A DNA stretch of 64,000 nt from Eledone cirrhosa (taxonomy: Eukaryota): positions 114,514,001 to 114,578,000 of the forward strand of contig OZ024741.1 in NCBI GenBank assembly GCA_964016885.1. The letters run 5' to 3'. The position numbers were made by a program, and so were the translations under genes. The number at the start of each line of letters is the position of its first letter. Positions within the stretch are counted from its first letter, which is position 1. Under the pieces are notes generated by a model. The model was not told the origin of the DNA and searched no databases. It worked only from the letters and a program-made list of their open reading frames with translations. This document shows, one piece after another, positions 61,250 through 64,000 of the stretch.

Positions 61250-62540
61250 ATCCTCCAATATCTGATATAGTGCTATTCATCCATAACACAATTCTCAGGG
61301 AGATTCAATGTGTGATAAGGCTGGCCTTAGAAATTACAAGTGTAACTATGTTTTTCCAACTGAGTGGACAGAAGCGACGTGAAATACAATGTCTTGCTCA
61401 AATATAAACCGAAATCTCTAACCATTAAGCTACGCACCATAAGAACAACACTTATACGTGATACTATCCCATTTTAATGCTTATTTTGCTTCCTGTTGGC
61501 CTTCCCTATTTACATTTTTAATTTAATTTAATTCTATTTTTAATTCATATTCTTATCTTCACTTATCTCCGTGTATCTTGTTTTTTGTTTCTCAACTGTA
61601 AGAAGTGAGGAAAAAAAAAGAAGTGTGAAGGCGTGTGACTTTGTGGTTAGGGTATCGGCTTGCAATCGTAAGGTTGTGCGTTCCATTACCGGCGACGCGT
61701 TGTACCCTTTAGCAAGACACTGTATTTTCACGTTGCCTAAGTCCACTCAGCTGGCAAAAATGAGTTGAACCTGTAGTTTGAATGGCTAGCTTTGTCACAT
61801 TCTGTGTCTCGCTGAATCTCCCTGATAACTACGTTAAGGGTACGCATGACTGTGGAATGCTCAGCCACTTGCACGTTAATTTTATGAGCAGGCTGTCCCG
61901 TTGATTGGATCAACTGGAACACTCATCGTCGTAACCAACGGAATGCGTCAGGTGTAAAAGTACTAAAAAAGCCTTGTTAGTGAAATTGGGTTCAGCCTTG
62001 GCACATATTGTGTCGTGATGATTCGGCTTGGGAATTACACTAAGGGTGTTTGTATATATGGAATACTCAACCAATTTATACGTTAATCCATGAGTTAGAC
62101 GGAAGACCATCATCATCATTGCTTGGTGCTTCAATATTGATTGTGGATCCACTGTTATTGTCAAAATGCCTAATTCAGTTCTTATGTTGGAGTTAACCAT
62201 GATAGAAGTGCTATTAGCACAACCCCATCACCTTACTTTGTGGATGCATCATGGCCGAATGGGTTAAGATTCACTAAAAAAACATATGGTCACAGGTTGG
62301 ATCCTAAGCGTGGAATCTTGGGCAGGTGTCATTTATTATGGCATCGGTCTATCCGAGACTTAAGTGAAACTGTGTTGATGGAAATTGCCAGGAAGTCTGT
62401 CTGATTGACTGTCTTGTAACTCAAAGAGCCAGCCTTGTAATGTTAAATCTGCGAATTATACCCAACTAGTTGCATGCTAATTTCACAAGTTGACTGTTCC
62501 GTTGATTAAACAACTAGAATACTCTTCATAGGAACCAACA
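61250..62540. mobile_element. SINE family 2 copies (61250-61440 -, 61628-61945 +, 62250-62540 +)
   Basis: tRNA-like head plus AAGACACT.TATTT.CACGTTG..AGTCCACTCAGCTGGCAAAAATGAGT core. Another copy at ~56350-56620. Confidence 0.75.
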
Positions 62541-62889
62541 GAGGTCCTCTAACCTCCCATCACTGGGTAATAAAATATTTTTTGCGAGCATTCTAAGTAG
62601 CTTTGTTGCTGGCTAACTTTTGTCAGTTTTAGTTGAACAGATCTAGATTGTGTGAAAGATTCCACTGGACTCATAAAACTACAGCTAGTCTTTCACTGCG
62701 GCGGCATATATATGATTTGAACACAAGTTATCATTTTCAAGATATAGGAATTTATTGAAAGAGGTTTATTTGATATCAGCATGACATCTAATGGTATGGT
62801 AATAGTTTCTATTGCTCTTATTGCCCTATCATGAATCTTTATATTATAAAGTACGATACATCTTTATGGCATTGTATTTGACCATCCAT

Positions 62890-63502
62890 AATAATGGCTT
62901 TTACTTTTGGCATAAGGTCAAGAATTTGAAAGGGGTGGGGACGAAGAAATGCGATTAAATCGATTCTAGTAATTGACCAGTACCTTATTAAATAGACTTC
63001 GAAAGGATGAAAGGCAAAGTTGACTTCGGCAAGATTTTAACATAAAGGGCCAGAGCAAATATCGCAAATCATTTGTGCTACTCTTCAACGGTTCTGTAAA
63101 TTCAGTGCCATTAAACCATCTATAATAACAATTTCTAATTTAGGCACAAAGCTAGTAATTTGAGGGAGGGGAACGTTGATTAAATCGACTCCAGTACTTG
63201 ACTGACACTTTATTTTACCGAACCCTGAAAGGATGAAAGGCAAAGCTGAACATGGCGGGATTTGAACTCAGAACATAAAGGGTCGTGATTAAATGCTGCA
63301 AAGCATTTTGTCCGACGCTCGAACAATTCTGCAAATCCACCACCCTAAACCCATTCATGATAATGATTTCTAATTTAAAGCACAAAGTCAGCAAGTTGTG
63401 GAGAGAGAAAGTCGATTATATCGATCCGAGTAATTGACTGGTACTTTATTTTATCGACATTAGAATGATGAAAGACAAACTTGACCCCCGCAGGATTTGA
63501 AA
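62890..63502 (-). mobile_element. Three diverged tandem SINE family 1 relatives
   Basis: GAAAGGATGAAAGGCAAAG core and GGATTTGAACTC B-box complement. Confidence 0.8.
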
Positions 63503-64000
63503 AACCATCCATAATAATGATAGCTAACCAACAGCCAACCGTGGTGTAAACTATATTGTGTAACAACGAACCCGGGATACTAAAAAGTCAACAATAAGAA
63601 TCTTTTCACAAATTACAATGATCTACGACTTCTGCACTGATCTCCAGTTTCTGTTGTTATGTTAGATTTATCCATCTTTTTGGTAATATAATACTAACCT
63701 TCCATATGTAAATCCTCTAATACTTTTATTTAGTTATCTATTTTCTGAACCGAGTTAAGTTTTCTTTACAGAGAATAAATCAACTTCAATTGATTTGAAT
63801 GCCAAACACACAAGCTGGTAGTAGAATACTTTAGTCAACTCAATCGTTTTATCACTACGACAACATACACACACATTATATATATCAATAGCTGTTAGAA
63901 TAAGTATCAATATTTTATTTGTTTTCTTCCTTTAATATAATATTGAGTTGCTATAGGCAAAATTATTGAAAAACCTTTAGCCTTTACCAAATATACACCC

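Overview
This is AT-rich, microsatellite-rich animal genomic DNA. The SINE and LINE repertoire suggests a mollusc, probably an octopus (inference, not confirmed). The window is dominated by non-LTR retrotransposons. Four exons of a minus-strand host gene were assembled by hand (34025->8877, all introns phase 1 and GT-AG); they encode a secreted Cys-rich protein with TSP1-like and EGF-like modules. Its 22.5-kb second intron holds a chain of Tx1/L1-clade LINEs (copies B, C, D, E plus fragments), most inserted into one another's (ATT)n tails. Two more Tx1 copies lie at 4914-7798 (A) and 47262-52842 (F). Other elements: R4/Dong LINE remnants, a non-autonomous Helitron, Penelope remnants, two hammerhead-ribozyme motifs, RTE fragments, two tRNA-derived SINE families, MITEs/foldbacks and an orphan 165-aa ORF. 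The main unexplained signal: four divergent Tx1 families all carry a 5' splice-site consensus 30-39 nt from their 5' end, and the ORF1-ORF2 spacer looks like a GT...polypyrimidine...AG mini-intron. This suggests splicing-controlled ORF2 expression or ORF1-ORF2 fusion. The dominant SINE also shares its 3' terminus and (ATT)n tail with these LINEs.
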